Of a stretch of DNA of 64,000 nucleotides, positions 1 to 12,715 are shown piece by piece. Under the pieces are notes generated by a model that saw only the letters and a list, made by a program, of their open reading frames with translations, was not told where the DNA came from and did not search any database. A program made the translations under genes and the position numbers. How positions within the stretch are numbered: the stretch's first letter is position 1; the number at the start of each line of letters is the position of its first letter. Source of the stretch: a virus; IMG/VR virus record IMGVR_UViG_3300045988_176357, positions 32,001 to 96,000 of that record; one strand, given 5' to 3'.

Positions 1-1035
1 TGCTGCACGAACTTTCGCGCGCTTAAGAGACTGTCCGACAAATACCGCATACTGTATATAGGACATCCGCAGGACTACAACGCACTCGCAAAGGATGTCG
101 CAGAGTACTGTCCGATACAGGATATCATCCATGCTGCACAGCTGATACAGAGCGCATCATTGTTCGTAGGGACTCAGACGCTGTTCACCTGGCTCGCATA
201 GTCGATGGGTGTAGACAGAATAGTCTCATGTTCACCTGTATTCAAGGATACTCACATGCGCTGCACGAAGGGATTCAAAGGCGCTTTCATGTACCCTGCA
301 TAGCTTGCCTTGATGCTGCGAAGCTGGGAGTGCCACAACGGGCTGCAGACTTCTGTCGGCTATGTGATAGGCACATACGGAAGCCCTGCTTACATCGACC
401 TGCAGCTTGCTCTGCACAAAGGCAAGTGGGGACATGACGTACTTGTGTCCGATGACGGTTCGCAGGATCCCGGGCTCGTGCAGGTGTGCAGTAAGTGGAA
501 TGTCCCTCTTGTCGGCAACAGGGATCAGCGCCTTGGCCACCAGGTCGGAGACCTTGCAGTATACAAGCGCGGGCTGCAGTATTTCAAGGACAAGGACTGG
601 ATGGTGAAGCTGTCCAGGCGTTTCGTCTGGATGCAGGACATGCAGGACACAATACAGCAGCACGACAGGCTCTGCTGGAAGCCCTGTCTGAGTTCCTGGT
701 GGATTGCGAAGCCCTCGCTTAAAGGTCAGGCGCTGACGACCAGCTGCATCGCCTTCAACAAGGGCGCCATGCCTGAGTAGATCGTACAGGACTTCGGCAG
801 CATGGACATCAGGTCCACCTACATGTAGAAGTATATCTACAGATGGCTGGCACAGTACTACGGCGCAGAACCTTTCACATAGTGGAGCGAAGTGTACACA
901 GCTCCGGGAAGATGCGTCACTGCCGACAGCATACTGTGGAGATAGAAGAACACCCCACAGGACTACTATAAGCTGTCGCAGGAATTGGGACTTCAGTGGG
1001 AACTGAAGGATTTCCAGGACATCATAACAGAATAA
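1..1035 (+). CDS. Glycosyltransferase, two-domain, 5' partial. N-terminal part resembles GT9/heptosyltransferase (…ASLFVGTQTLFTWLAQSMGVDRIV…). C-terminal part carries a VSDDGSQD motif typical of GT2.
   Basis: Frame 1 is open from nt 1 once in-frame TAGs at 199-201, 301-303, 778-780 and further on are read through. Ends at TAA 1033-1035. Motifs read directly from the translation. Confidence 0.45.
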
Positions 1036-1064
1036 CGCTGTGTCCTTAGGAAAAAGGACATGCC

Positions 1065-1688
1065 ATGAACAGACGCGTACTGCTGTTTCTGCTTAAGCTG
1101 TTGTTCAGTTACAAGCGGAATAAAGCCAAAGTTATAGATGCCATAGGCAAGATCCGTATCAGCCTGTTTCCCATGTGGGTGCTGTATCAGCCTTTCCCTT
1201 ACAAAGTGACCGGACAGGACATACAGATGGTGCAGAACAGGATACAGCCCGGTGACATAATACTCACAGGCTGCTCATGGAAAAAGCTGTAGGATCTTGT
1301 GGTGCCCAACAGGTACAGGCTGACACACGCAGGTATCTATGTTGGTGACAATACAGTAGTGCATGCTGTGACGAGCGGTGTATAGTAGCTGCATATTGTG
1401 GACTTTCTCAGATGCGACCGCGTATGTGTGCTGCGTGTCGAAGGCGACCATGAAGCTGCGATAAGACGCGCCATACGTTTCATAGGATAGCCTTATGACT
1501 TTGATTACAGACAGGGCTAGGACGCTCTGTACAGCTTCTAGCTGTGCGCATGCTGCTACAGGTAGCTGTAGTTCCAGAGGAAACCGCTGAAGCTGTTCTG
1601 GTTTACGTTGCCGTCCATATGTGGCAAGTACTATTACGACAAGTCCTTCGTGGACTCCGAATACTGCAAGGTGATATATGAGTGCTGA
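1065..1688 (+). CDS. NlpC/P60-like or permuted papain-fold peptidase.
   Basis: Frame 0, several internal TAGs, TGA stop at 1686-1688. Motif GDIILTG…HAGIYVGDNTVVHAVTSGV…C is typical of YiiX/NlpC-P60 folds. Confidence 0.4.
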
Positions 1689-2247
1689 AATAAATGACTA
1701 CTCAGGGTGGATGTACAGTCTGCCTCCCAATCCTCAATAGAAGGACTGGAAACAGCTGGCGACTAAACTGAAGTCCTATATAGAGTCGCCTAAATTCATG
1801 CGCACAGGTTCTACGTACGCATAGGTTGACCCTGTGTCAGGCAAGCTTGTGAAGCGCCCTGTGTCCGATGTCGTGCACAAGGTATCACCATAGGACAAGA
1901 CAGGAGTGAAGGCTTAGGACCTCAGAAGCATGATCCAGCAGGCAGTCGTTACAGGCGATAAGCAGCTGCTCAGAGACGTTTCCAGGTACAAGTACATCAC
2001 TGCGCATAAATTCGTTTCATAGAAATAGATGCAGAAATAGATGGACAGGCGCAGGAGACGCAGACTGGCGCTGACTGCTTTGATTCTGGGAGGAGCTGGA
2101 ACTACAGCGGGGCTGCTGCCTTTCATTGCCAATAAGGTATCAGGTTATCCTGACCAGGCTTCCACATATACGGATGCTCTGAAGCTCGCAGGTATCGGCG
2201 CCGCAGCAGGCATTGGAACCGCAGGGCTTATATAGAGTTTCAGGTGA
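1678..2247 (+). CDS. Hypothetical protein with Gly-rich C-terminal transmembrane segment.
   Basis: ATG 1678 overlaps the previous stop. Frame 1 with 9 in-frame TAGs. TGA at 2245-2247. C-terminus reads ALILGGAGTTAGLLPFI…GIGAAAGIGTAGLI. Confidence 0.35.
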
Positions 2248-2322
2248 GTAGGCAGATAAATGAGTTCACATTATTGCTGAGTAGGCAGAAAACTACATCA
2301 GTAGGCAGAATATAGGATCAAC

Positions 2323-2724
2323 ATGGATAAACAAGCATATTTCAAGATGATGAGCCTGTGCAAGGACTAGGCATTGAAGCTGCCTAAAGGCACGCTGTCC
2401 AGAATAGGCGGAGCAATTTTAGGTGCAGGTAAAGCCGCGATCAATCCGCAGACGTACAGAAATGCGTACAAGGGCGTAAAGGACGTTGCTCCTACCGCAG
2501 TTAAAGTTGCTGTCCCTGTAGGTGCTGTGGCTGGTGGTACTGTTGCTATGAATCAGGCGCATAAACTTGGCGCATAGCGAGGAGCGGCACAGGCACGCAA
2601 CTAGATGGCGGACAAAGCTGTGGCCGCATATAATAAAGGACTTCAGCAGGGAGCTGCAAGCAAAGCAGCTCAGCCCGGTTTCTGGCAGCGGCTTCTCGAC
2701 TACATAAAGAGCATTTTCAAGTGA
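2323..2724 (+). CDS. Hypothetical Gly-rich membrane protein, paralogue family MDKQAYFKMM….
   Basis: ATG 2323, frame 1, TAG read-through at 2368, 2575 and 2602, TGA 2722-2724. N-terminus nearly identical to the next gene. Confidence 0.4.
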
Positions 2725-2731
2725 GACATAT

Positions 2732-3475
2732 ATGGACAAACAAGCATACTTCAAGATGATGGGCCTGGATAAGCAGGCGGCTATTGATCCTCAGACACTC
2801 AAGAACATCCTGCTCGGCGCCGGAGCTGGTCTCGGTACCTATGCACTGTCGAGCTTCCTTCCCGGAGCAAGACAGAACAGGCTTGCAAGGCTTCTTGCGT
2901 CCCTTGGTGTTGGTCTTGGTACAGGTTATTTCGGCAACGACATTCGGAACTGGTTCAGCAACAGACAAAGCAAGAAACCTGCAGCTCCTGCTGTATCCAA
3001 TGCCGCCGCGCAGGCTGCTATCCAGAATCTGAAGACGCCTGCTCAGGTAGCGAACCAGATATAGGCTGCAGGAAGGCAGACAGCCGAGGCGCCCTCTACA
3101 GAAACAACGGCACCCAAAGCTGCGGCTCCTGCTGCTGCGCCTACTAAGGATCCGGACTAGGCGAAGATAGACTAGGACGTAGCTGCAGGCATGCGTGAAT
3201 TTCAGCGAGATGTTGCAAAAAATCCTATAAGGTATATGAATGCCAGTCCTGAAAAAGCTAGACAGTATCTTTATAAGGCATATAAAGCAGATCGTGCTGC
3301 CAGGGGGGCTGCTAAGGGCTATCCATACAAAATTAACCCCATCGCATTAGGCAGACAGGTCTATATGTAGGATTTCTATCCTGAAGCAGACAAAGATGCA
3401 CACGAAGTTCTCTATGGACCTCTTGGCAGAGGTGTGGTAAATTTCATGCTCAACAGAGGCGGCCGGGACCTGTGA
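2732..3475 (+). CDS. Hypothetical membrane protein, paralogue of 2323-2724.
   Basis: Frame 2. Track ORF 2732-3064 continues through TAG 3062-3064 and three more TAGs to TGA 3473-3475. Confidence 0.4.
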
Positions 3476-3571
3476 CTAAGGCGTAGCCTACGAAGGATAA
3501 TTGAGTATATGCCCTTAATGTAGCTCTTTTAGGTGGCTTTGTTGCTTTAACTAACAAATGAGATTATTCAA

Positions 3572-3877
3572 ATGGCATTTAAGAACTACACACTGACAAC
3601 TGCTGTGGACACATAGCAGATACTGTGCACAGCTGCTCCTACGACTGATATAGCTATTGTCTCCATATAGGTGTACGGAGGAGCACAGGGAGGCACTGTG
3701 ACGTTCACAAAGAAGCAGGGAGTATCACAGATATTTAAATTCGTACTGCCGGTAAAAGCTTAGGAAACAGTAGCAATAGATCACAAGATCTTTGTGCCTG
3801 CAGGCTACACGTACACCGCTACAGGATCATCTTCAGGAATGCAGATCTGCGCCAACGCAATGTAGATGACTGTGTGA
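3572..3877 (+). CDS. Small hypothetical beta-rich protein.
   Basis: ATG 3572, frame 2, 4 internal TAGs, TGA 3875-3877. Confidence 0.3.
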
Positions 3878-3884
3878 GGTTCAG

Positions 3885-6767
3885 ATGTTCACAAGTTACA
3901 AGCCATAGCAGTTCACCAGATACCCCACTACAATAGTTCCTGACTTAAGCGCAGGATTCGATACTCCGGAAGCCACAATATAGCTTCTTGGAGTTTCCGA
4001 CAGCGCATCCGTTACAGTCACTGCCACAGGGCCGAATACAGCCAAGAAGTTCCGGTTCAACTTCAAGCTTCCAAAGGGACATGATGGTGCCGCAGGAGGC
4101 TTTGCTTAGCCTGTGGCAACTGCGCAGCAACTTGCCTAGAACCAGTCGCCCACTGTTCAGGTTACTGCATCCGGACCATCTTCAGCTAAAGTGTTCGCTT
4201 TCGAATTCGGCATTCCAAAGGGTGCGACCGGACCTAAGGGATAGAAGGGCGATACAGGGCAGCAAGGTCCGAAGGGCGATACAGGAGATACAGGACCTCA
4301 GGGATAGACAGGCGCTACCGGAGCAACGGGTCCCGCCAATACGCTTACCATAGGCACAGTATCTTCAGGTGACACTGCCGCAGCTACCATTACCGGTACA
4401 GCTCCCAACCAGGTTCTGAATCTGACATTGCCTAAGGGTTAGCGTGGTGCCAGCTTCACTGTCGATGCTACCGGCTTATTGTCCTAGAGGCCCACGTACG
4501 ACGCACAGACCAAAGGGTTCTCGTTCCTGGCTACGGATACTGGTAACTTGTACATCAAGCAGTCGGACACATCCGGCGACTGGTCTTAGGCTATTCCTTT
4601 CAGAGGGGAAGACGGAGCTGCAGCCGGTTTCGGCATACCCGTTGCATCCGCTTCTTCATTATAGCCCGCTCAGAATCCTACTGTCACTGTAACAGCTACC
4701 GGTTAGAACACAGCAAAAGTGTTCAACTTTACATTCGGCATCCCCAAAGGCTAGAAGGGCGAAAAGGGAGATCCCGGACAGGCTGGTGCTCAGGGAGCTG
4801 ACGGTGCACAAGGCCCATAGGGACCCGCAGGTCCTGCTAACACGCTTACCATAGGCACCGTCTCTTCCGGCGGCACTGCCCAGGCTTCCATTACAGGTGA
4901 TGCGCCGAACCAGACACTCAATCTTGTACTGCCTAAAGGCGACAAGGGAGACCCGGGAGCAGACGGTGCACAAGGAGCGGACGGAATCACTCCTCATATA
5001 GACGACACCACAAAACACTGGTTCATAGGTGATACGGATACAGGTGTCAGCGCATAGGCTATTCCCGGCGTCACTACGTATCAGATTACAGAAGTCGATT
5101 CAGGCAACTATGCTACTATATACAGCAAGAATGTTCCTGTAGGGCTGAAGACAAACACAGGCACGTATTATCCTATATAGAAGAATACGGTTACTCTGAG
5201 TGACAGCAGCTGCAGGATACACCTTATACCTTATCTCAGTTACGAAGGCACTGATACATTCACTCCTCCGTGGACGTTGTATGTAACAGGTGCAGGCGCT
5301 GACGGGCAGCCAGGCAAGGACGGTGTGGCTGGCGGCTACGGCAATGTTCTCGGCGGGTTAGGTATGCGCATTGCAGCATACACCTCTGATTCAACTACAG
5401 TAACCCTTACGCTTGATGACAACTCAGATTCCACTTTCGACTGGAGTGTACTGCAGCCGTCATCAGTTGTCCGCATCAATAACACAGGCGGCGATCATCT
5501 CGTAGACAGCGACGCACAGTAGTAGCTGTACTACCTGAAGGGCTATATCAGCAGTGTCAACCAGGCAACTAAGAAAGTTGTCATCGATGGATGGTACTAC
5601 GCATAGTCTCAGTAGCGCAGAGAGATAAGTTCCAACATCAGTTCGTAGGTCCAGCAGGAACAGTCCTGGCTGTACATTACAGATGAAGCCAGACGCGATG
5701 CCGCTTTCAGTACAGGCGACAAGAACTTCGTCACAGGACACAGGGCCGTCGCAAACGGCTCATGGAACACTGTCGCAGGCGATATGGCACATGCCTCGGG
5801 AGGTCTCAACACAGTAGCAGGAGATCTCAGCCACGCTTTCGGTACAGCCAACAATGTACAAGCTGAAAGCGCTTTCGTAGCCGGTGTTGGTAACACAGTA
5901 AAAGAAACTGCAGGCCTGTCCATAGTTATTGGCGGCAGCAACGAAGTGCAGGCTTTCGGCTCCACCATTATTGGCAGCAATAATACAGGTCTTACCGGCA
6001 CGAACATGACTGCCATAGGTAACAGTAATGAAGGCTCCGGTACGCTGAGTACTGTTATCGGTAATAATAACACCATTAATGGGCAGTCAGGCAGAGTACT
6101 GGGCTTCGGCAACACCATGAACGCTCAGTTCGGTACACTGATAGGCATGCACGGAACGCTGGACAGCTATGCGTAGAACAGAGGAGCGTTCGCAGTTGCA
6201 ATAGGTTAGCTCGATCAGGCGCAGCTTCCTTTTATAGTGCGCGGATACAAAGCTGTACTGAATCCCCTGTTCAACTCAGACAGCACATCCTAGTCGCAAT
6301 TCCTTCTTCTGAACCCGAAGGACAGAACAGGCTAGCACAAGTACAACTCATAGCCTGGCTGCTCGGTGAGCTATATGGGACATCTCCTGGGCAACACATT
6401 CACTACGGACGCCACAGGTACCATAAGCCTGGATCATGACTTCTACAGCAGATGGGTGCTCACAGGAACAGGTGCCGTCACATTGCAGGCGGACAACTGG
6501 GTGGACGGAGATACAGGACACGTTGTAGTGGACACATCGAAGCAGACAATCAGCATTCCTGCTACATGGATCACAGGAGGCGCTGACATCGTGTCGACTC
6601 CTGGTATATATGTGCTGGAGCTGGTAAAAGTGAACTAGACCATATACTACAAAATAGTGTATCCTAATACAGAATCCTCAGGAAGCACCGGCACAGGGCT
6701 GGCGGTGGTCGTGAGTTCCACTCAGCCCTCGAACCCTGTAGACGGCATGATCTGGATACAGGAGTGA
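3885..6767 (+). CDS. Tail fibre protein with collagen-like Gly-X-Y segments and a C-terminal Hep/Hag-like beta-helix repeat region.
   Basis: Frame 0 links track ORFs 5277-5522, 5784-6176 and 6366-6638 (all frame 0) across about 35 TAGs. The first ATG follows a TGA at 3867-3869. TGA stop at 6765-6767. Contains GPKGDTGDTGPQG(TAG)TGATG and repeats GSNEVQAFGSTIIGSNNTGLTGTNMTAIGNSNEG. Confidence 0.7.
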
Positions 6768-6771
6768 TGTC

Positions 6772-7479
6772 ATGAGCGTGTCTGTATATAAGGGAGGCAC
6801 GTGGTATCCGCTGGCTAATTAGAGGATATTCAAGGACGGCATACCGCATGGCATCAAGCACAATGACTACATGTACTATGACGGCTAGTGGCACAGAATA
6901 TCCGACGAGTATATGGGCCGGATAATAATGACTCCGCAGACACATAACTCAGGCTCTGCCTCTGTGGATTCAGCAAAGAGTTACATCAGCGTGACAAGAG
7001 ACGGTGGCTCCCCATCATACATAACCGCATTTCCCGCTACCATACAGGTCAATTCATAGGTCACAGTCATATAGGGGGATGCTCTTGTATTCTCGTGCTC
7101 TGGTACGCAGCTGCAGTCACTCACATTCAGCGGCATGATTCCTTTGCTGAATTTCCAATGTGCCAGCTGCGGGCTCACCTAGATAGACCTGTCGGCATTC
7201 CAGTACCTGCGCACCTTGAATATACAGCGGAATGAGCTGACTTCCCTGGATACCAGAATGCTTAGCCAGCTGTACCAGTTATATGCGAATAATAACAGCC
7301 TGACTGCACAGAACATAGACCAGATACTGCAGTTCTTTGCTTACTCAGGAATAACAGGAGGCACCTGCTATCTGCAGGATCAGACGACAGGGGCAGGTCC
7401 GTCCTCTACAGGGCTGACTTATAAGTCTTCCTTATAGAGTAAAGGCTGGACAGTAGTGGTTGATCAGGGGAGTAATTGA
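6772..7479 (+). CDS. Leucine-rich-repeat protein, probably tail-associated.
   Basis: ATG 6772, frame 1, 8 TAGs, TGA 7477-7479. LRR-like region LTQIDLSAFQYLRTLNIQRNELTSLDTRMLSQLYQLYANNNSL. Confidence 0.45.
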
Positions 7480-7678
7480 GGCCAGCTACAGCTCGTCCTT
7501 AAGTGATAGCGCATTTGTACCGATCTCGACAAGAAATCAGTATAGCTTGTACGACATGAACCAAGCAGGCACAGCATAGTCATATCTGATATTTACCAGC
7601 ACAAACATCACTCCGTGCTTCCGATAACATCTGCTGTATGTTTTCCGCATAACACAGTATGAACCTATAGGAGAACAT

Positions 7679-8740
7679 ATGAACATAAGTACTTAGAACC
7701 TTATTGATCTCGCTGGATCTGTACAGCTTAAGCCAGGGCAGAGAATGGTGCGTGTATCAGGCAACACATGGATGCCTATTGGCGTCGGCGGCAACTTCAT
7801 GCCTGGAGGAACAAGCGGCACCTCGGCAGAGTATTACAAGTGCGCCAGCGTTGCGGAGCCAGGCACCTTATCGGTCAATATACCGAACAATGCAGAACTT
7901 TCCGGGGTATATACTTACAATTCGTCAAATGGCAGATATGTAAATACAAATGGTGCATTCTTTTTGCATGACGGAAATTACTGGGTGCTGGTAGGTACCA
8001 ACGGATACTATTACTGTCAGAGCGATGAAATAGCATCTGATACTACTCCTGCTGACGCCACAGGATGGAAGCTGTCAAGTGGTTCAATGGATGCTATAGA
8101 TATGACTGTGACTATACCGAAGACATGGAGCGGCTACAAGGCGGTATTCGACTCAACGGCTGGAACGTGGAGCTTCGAGAGCGATGCCACAGAGGGGCTG
8201 ACATATACCAGCGTCACGCCGATCGTCGGCGGAATCTACAGTGCGGATGCCTTGGTGATTGTGTCATTGCTTTATACGGGCACGCCAACGCTGACCAGTC
8301 CTACCGGCATGCCCAGCGAGAGCTCCGACGAGTGGGAAATCAGTGCCAGCAGTTTCTACAGTGATAACTCTGCTCCGTGGAAAGCCTTCGACGGGATAAC
8401 AGGTAGCTCTTCTGGATGGACAGGAGCATCAAATTCTTCGTGGTGGCTTCAGTGGCAAAATAAGACGAAACAAGTGCTTGTGCAGAAGCTCAGATTTCAG
8501 GGTACAGCTTCCGGTGATATCGCACAGCAGGCTATCACCTCTTTCATCCTTCAGGGCTCTGATGACGGCAGCACATGGACAGACTTGTATACTGCGTCAG
8601 GCTTGACATGGACTACTGGATATGAGTGGAAAGAGTTCACGTTCTCGAACAGCAAGAGCTACTACTACCATAGGTTGGCAAACATCACCGTAGCTGCAAA
8701 CTATCCTACCATTATTGAACTTGAAACCTATGACATGTGA
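7679..8740 (+). CDS. Tail or receptor-binding protein with a C-terminal F5/8 type C (discoidin)-like carbohydrate-binding region.
   Basis: ATG 7679 preceded by AGGAG. Frame 2. One TAG at 7694-7696, then track ORF 7745-8740 ends at TGA. Motif WKAFDG…SSWWLQWQ…FQG. Confidence 0.45.
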
Positions 8741-8780
8741 TGCTACAGCCAGTACTCAACACAGCAGGCAGCAAACAAGG

Positions 8781-9311
8781 ACTTAACTATGTATTAGGAA
8801 TACTCAGACAGCGATATCGTGTTACAGACCCTCGTTGACTAGAGCACAAATCAGTAGCTCAGCATCAGAACACCTTACGTGACACGCACAGTTACCATAG
8901 AGCAGCAACAGCGCATCCCGCTGTACATCAACGGCAAGCTCAAGTCAGCATAGCAGCTCTCACAGCTCGGCCTCCATGTGCGACAGTACACCAAGTTGTA
9001 GCGTTAGCAGATCTACTTCACCAACCTTTATGCGCAGGATGCACAGGGAGACAAGGCTCTGCAGCTTCGTGTCAGACAGTACAAGGCATATCTCGATCAG
9101 CTAGGACTCTCCTACAGCGTCTCCCAGGACACAATTATGGCTGCAATCCAGCAGTCAGACATGACGGATGCTTAGAAAGCTACAGTCGCAATGTAGATGA
9201 AAGCCATCTACGACGCCATTACCACCAATCTGTAGTTCTACGGATCTTAGACCCCGCACAAGGACACGTACAACTATATTGCAAAGCTTATACAGTACCT
9301 TCCGGAGGTGA
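8781..9311 (+). CDS. Hypothetical protein.
   Basis: ATG 8781, frame 0, codon positions verified. 10 TAGs. TGA 9309-9311 overlaps the next ATG (ATGA). Confidence 0.4.
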
Positions 9312-9556
9312 CAGAATGAGTCTTCCGTAGTACATGATCACCGACTTGCCGCAGTATGTACACATCACAGACCGCAGCAAGTTTCAGAACTCCATAGTAT
9401 AGCCGGGCGCTGCACTTATATTCAGCTAGGACGGAGCATCTCTCACAGTCAAGCTTCCTTCAGGCATCTTTCAGAGTGTCTCAGGAGATATGAGCGATTC
9501 CACGTATCAGAATATCATGGGCATCATCGGAGACACATCCGCCGCCAGCAACAACG
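9308..9556 (+). CDS. Hypothetical small protein.
   Basis: ATG 9308, frame 2, 3 TAGs, TGA 9554-9556. Codon positions verified. Confidence 0.35.
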
Positions 9557-9651
9557 CACTTTGACGGGGTACATTTGTTAGTAGTTCTGATGCGCTCCGT
9601 GCAGAGCGCACTGAATGTATCCACAAGCCAATGTAAAAACAGGAATACAAC

Positions 9652-11316
9652 ATGGCAGAAAAGAATGTACAGCTCAAGTGCGGTTAGGACTTGCTGTATC
9701 CGAAGACGAAGCTCGCTATGGTGGACGGGCTCATTGATCAGGATACAGGAAAGATCGACACTGCGCTTCTCCCGAAGACAGGGATTGACATCAAGTACAA
9801 CAACGGCATGATCTAGCAGGGAGTCACGTAGATCAACTTCGCAGGCACTGTTACAGTGTAGAAGACTGCGGACGGCGTTGTCAAAGCACGTATCGGCTAG
9901 AACCAGAACAGCTCCAACTTCAACTCCAAGGACGGCGTTACCGATGGTACTGTGTCGTACTCCGGCATCACTGCAAAGAGCATGATCATGACGACACCCG
10001 CCGACTAGACCTGGGGTATCGGAGACTGGGCTGCAGGTTCCACGCATTCCGGCTTCAACGCATCCACGGCTTCCTCTCAGAATGTCACTGTGACGACCGC
10101 CGGAAATATCCACTTCTAGTAGGAGAACAGCTCCTTCACCGCACAAGTCATCGACTGGTCCGGTGTTGCAGCACAGACCACCTTCGCTGTTGGTTCTGAC
10201 GGAACTGTTACGCCCTCCGGCGACGCCGGAATCACATGCTCCATCGCCAGCTACGGCACAGAAACAAATGCGCCTGCAGCTGTGGGCAACATGGGCAAGC
10301 CGACGTTCACGTTCGACATGAAGCAGCTTCTTCCTTAGGGCGGACGCTTCCACTTCAAGATCGTGCACAACAACGGCACATAGGGCGCCTTTACATGGGA
10401 AATGTAGTAGCTGTTCTACAATGCAGGTACGACGCCGACAGTTGCGACGCCTGCAATTGAGTTCGCTTCACAGGATACGACTCAGGTGTCCGGTGTCAGC
10501 TACATCAGCAGCGGGACGCTGAACGTCACGTCCGCGCAGATTGCCAATCTCAACAAGCGCGCCGCAACTACAGGCAACAAGGTTGCAGTCTCCGGCTCCT
10601 ACACGACGTACACATACAATGCGTCGCATCTGCAGGACTACACGCTTTAGTAGAACGACGTCACTGCGTTCGCTTCCACTGTCACGCTCGCAACGGGCAA
10701 GTCTCTTGCAGGCAACCTGTCTGTGAACATGAATGCGACCAATGCGTATGCGACCTCCGGCAATGTAGCCAGCAATGCCATCGCCGCTCTTGTCGACACT
10801 CTTGCAGCAGGAACGACAGATGCCACTGCAAACGAGTCCTTCAAGACCTAGACCTACAGGTTGAAAGCGGACTGTTCCACACCTTGGGACAGTACATAGA
10901 GCCTCGCAGCCAACGACGGTCTGCAGCAGATGCACAAGCAGCTCAAATATCCGACGCAGAACTTCTCTGCGTACACTCCTGCAGGACCTGATTACTCGGG
11001 ACTCACAGGATTCAGGTACTACATCAGAAGCTTCACGTTTGTCGGTACCAAGTTCGGAGGCACGTTCACGTTCGGCAACCTCACATAGAGCGATCTGGAT
11101 GCAGCCAAGCTCACCATTGAAGTGTCCAAGGACGGCTCCACATGGTACGACATCACCAAGACGTAGGCGTTCGGAGGTATCCGCGTGTTCGCAGATACTG
11201 TTAAGGCTCCGAAGCTGCAGTTCGCATTCGCAGACGCAGCTTCCGACGTCATCTACCTCCGCATCGGAATGAACAACACATTCACCAAGGCTCTCACAAG
11301 CCTTGCGTTCGCATAA
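9652..11316 (+). CDS. Large virion structural protein, probably a tail component.
   Basis: ATG 9652 with an AGGA RBS. Frame 1. About 17 TAGs. TAA 11314-11316 verified in frame. The two long minus-strand standard-code ORFs here (9481-10368, 10468-11538) are Cys/Arg/Leu-rich and read as antisense artefacts. Confidence 0.5.
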
Positions 11317-11328
11317 GGAGGTGCTTGA

Positions 11329-11931
11329 ATGAGCTAGAAATTCGTTGCCAACCGCAACTATTTTCATACGTTCTCCAAGGTCGGCGTTCAGGAAGACATG
11401 TACGTCTTCCAGTCCAAGGTCAAGGGAGGGCACACTGTATCCGCATAGGACGTCCGCGCATAGAACGGTCTGCTTCCTGTCGGAGCCACTTTCGATGAGC
11501 TGAAGGCACTGTACGTGGCGAACGCGAACGGTTAGCAAGCTGTGATGAAGATGTACTAGAAGTACTCTCTCAGCCGCATTGCCGACTCCAACGTGAACAA
11601 CAAGTACCAGGCATGGCAGATCATCGACAACGGTAAACCTGTACAGGGCTTTATCGCTCCCACCGATGTGTTGGATGCTTCAGGCAATCCGGCTCTCGGC
11701 TACACTGCCAAGCTGTACAAGTAGGATGGCACTACACAGATTGCAGGAACAGACGGCAACTGGGTGTTCGACTACTACTCAGGACTTGTTCTGTTCGAGA
11801 AAGGCAAGGAACCGTAGTCCCTCGGATGGGGCATGGTGAAACTGTCCGCTTTCGCTTATATAGGAAAAACTATCAAGCAGCAAATTGACTCTATCACCTC
11901 TGTTGCAGGTGTTGTGTACTAGGTAATATAA
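11329..11931 (+). CDS. Hypothetical protein.
   Basis: AAGGAGG RBS then ATG 11329. Frame 1. 7 TAGs. TAA 11929-11931. Confidence 0.4.
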
Positions 11932-11947
11932 CAAAAAGGACCATATA

Positions 11948-12643
11948 ATGGCTAATCTTAATGTCAGACTTAAAAATCAGACTGGCGACATTCTGTATCC
12001 GTAGACGCTCGCAGCGAATGTTCTGAATCTTGATACATTTATCCAGTCCCAGATCTCCTCTGCGGGTCTCCTGAGCCGCGAAATCGTAACTTCTCTTCCG
12101 ACTGAAAACATCAGCGAAGCCAAGATCTACATGATCCTCAAGGATCCTGCGGGATCTGGTCAGAACGTGTACAATGAGTACATGTATATCAATGGCGCGT
12201 GGGAACTCATCGGAGATACCGCTGTCGACCTCACCGGATACGCGACCGAAGAGTACGTGACGAATGCGATCAAGGATAAGGCTGATAAGGCCACCACACT
12301 TGCTGGATATGGCATCACGGACGGTGCGACGAAGACGTAGCTGAGTGATGCTGTCAGCACGATCAACACGTCTCTCGACGGCAAGGCGGACAAGGCCACC
12401 ACGCTGGCAGGATATGGGATCACAGACGCTGTTTCTGATTCCGAATTCGCCTCTGCGAAAACAGAACTGCAGAACAGCATCAACACCAAGGCTGATGCCT
12501 CTGCGGTCACGGCTCTTGAAGGTACCGTTGCAACCAAAGCGGATCAGGCGGATCTTGATGCTCTCAGTGACTCCGTCAGCGCTCTTAAGGAACAGGTCAA
12601 CGGCCTTGTCTCCAGTCAGATCACGTACTAGGTGATTGCATAA
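11948..12643 (+). CDS. Tail-fibre-like protein with repeated KATTLAGYGITD motif.
   Basis: ATG 11948 (AAGGA RBS). Frame 2, includes track ORF 12131-12340. TAGs at 12013-15, 12338-40 and 12628-30. TAA 12641-12643. GYGITD repeats are characteristic of side-tail-fibre proteins. Confidence 0.5.
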
Positions 12644-12667
12644 TCACTTCTCCCTTGAACTGACAAC

Positions 12668-12705
12668 TAAGACGCAAGGGATCCTTTTCCTTGCGTCTTT
12701 TTATT
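12668..12705 (+). terminator. Rho-independent terminator.
   Basis: Hairpin agacgcaaggg…ccttgcgtct followed by a T-run. Confidence 0.6.
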
Positions 12706-12715
12706 AGGAGCCACA

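Noticed and set aside
9481-11538. Two long minus-strand ORFs (295 and 356 aa).
   Set aside because: They are antisense to the verified + strand structural gene 9652-11316. Their composition is Cys/Arg/Val-rich.
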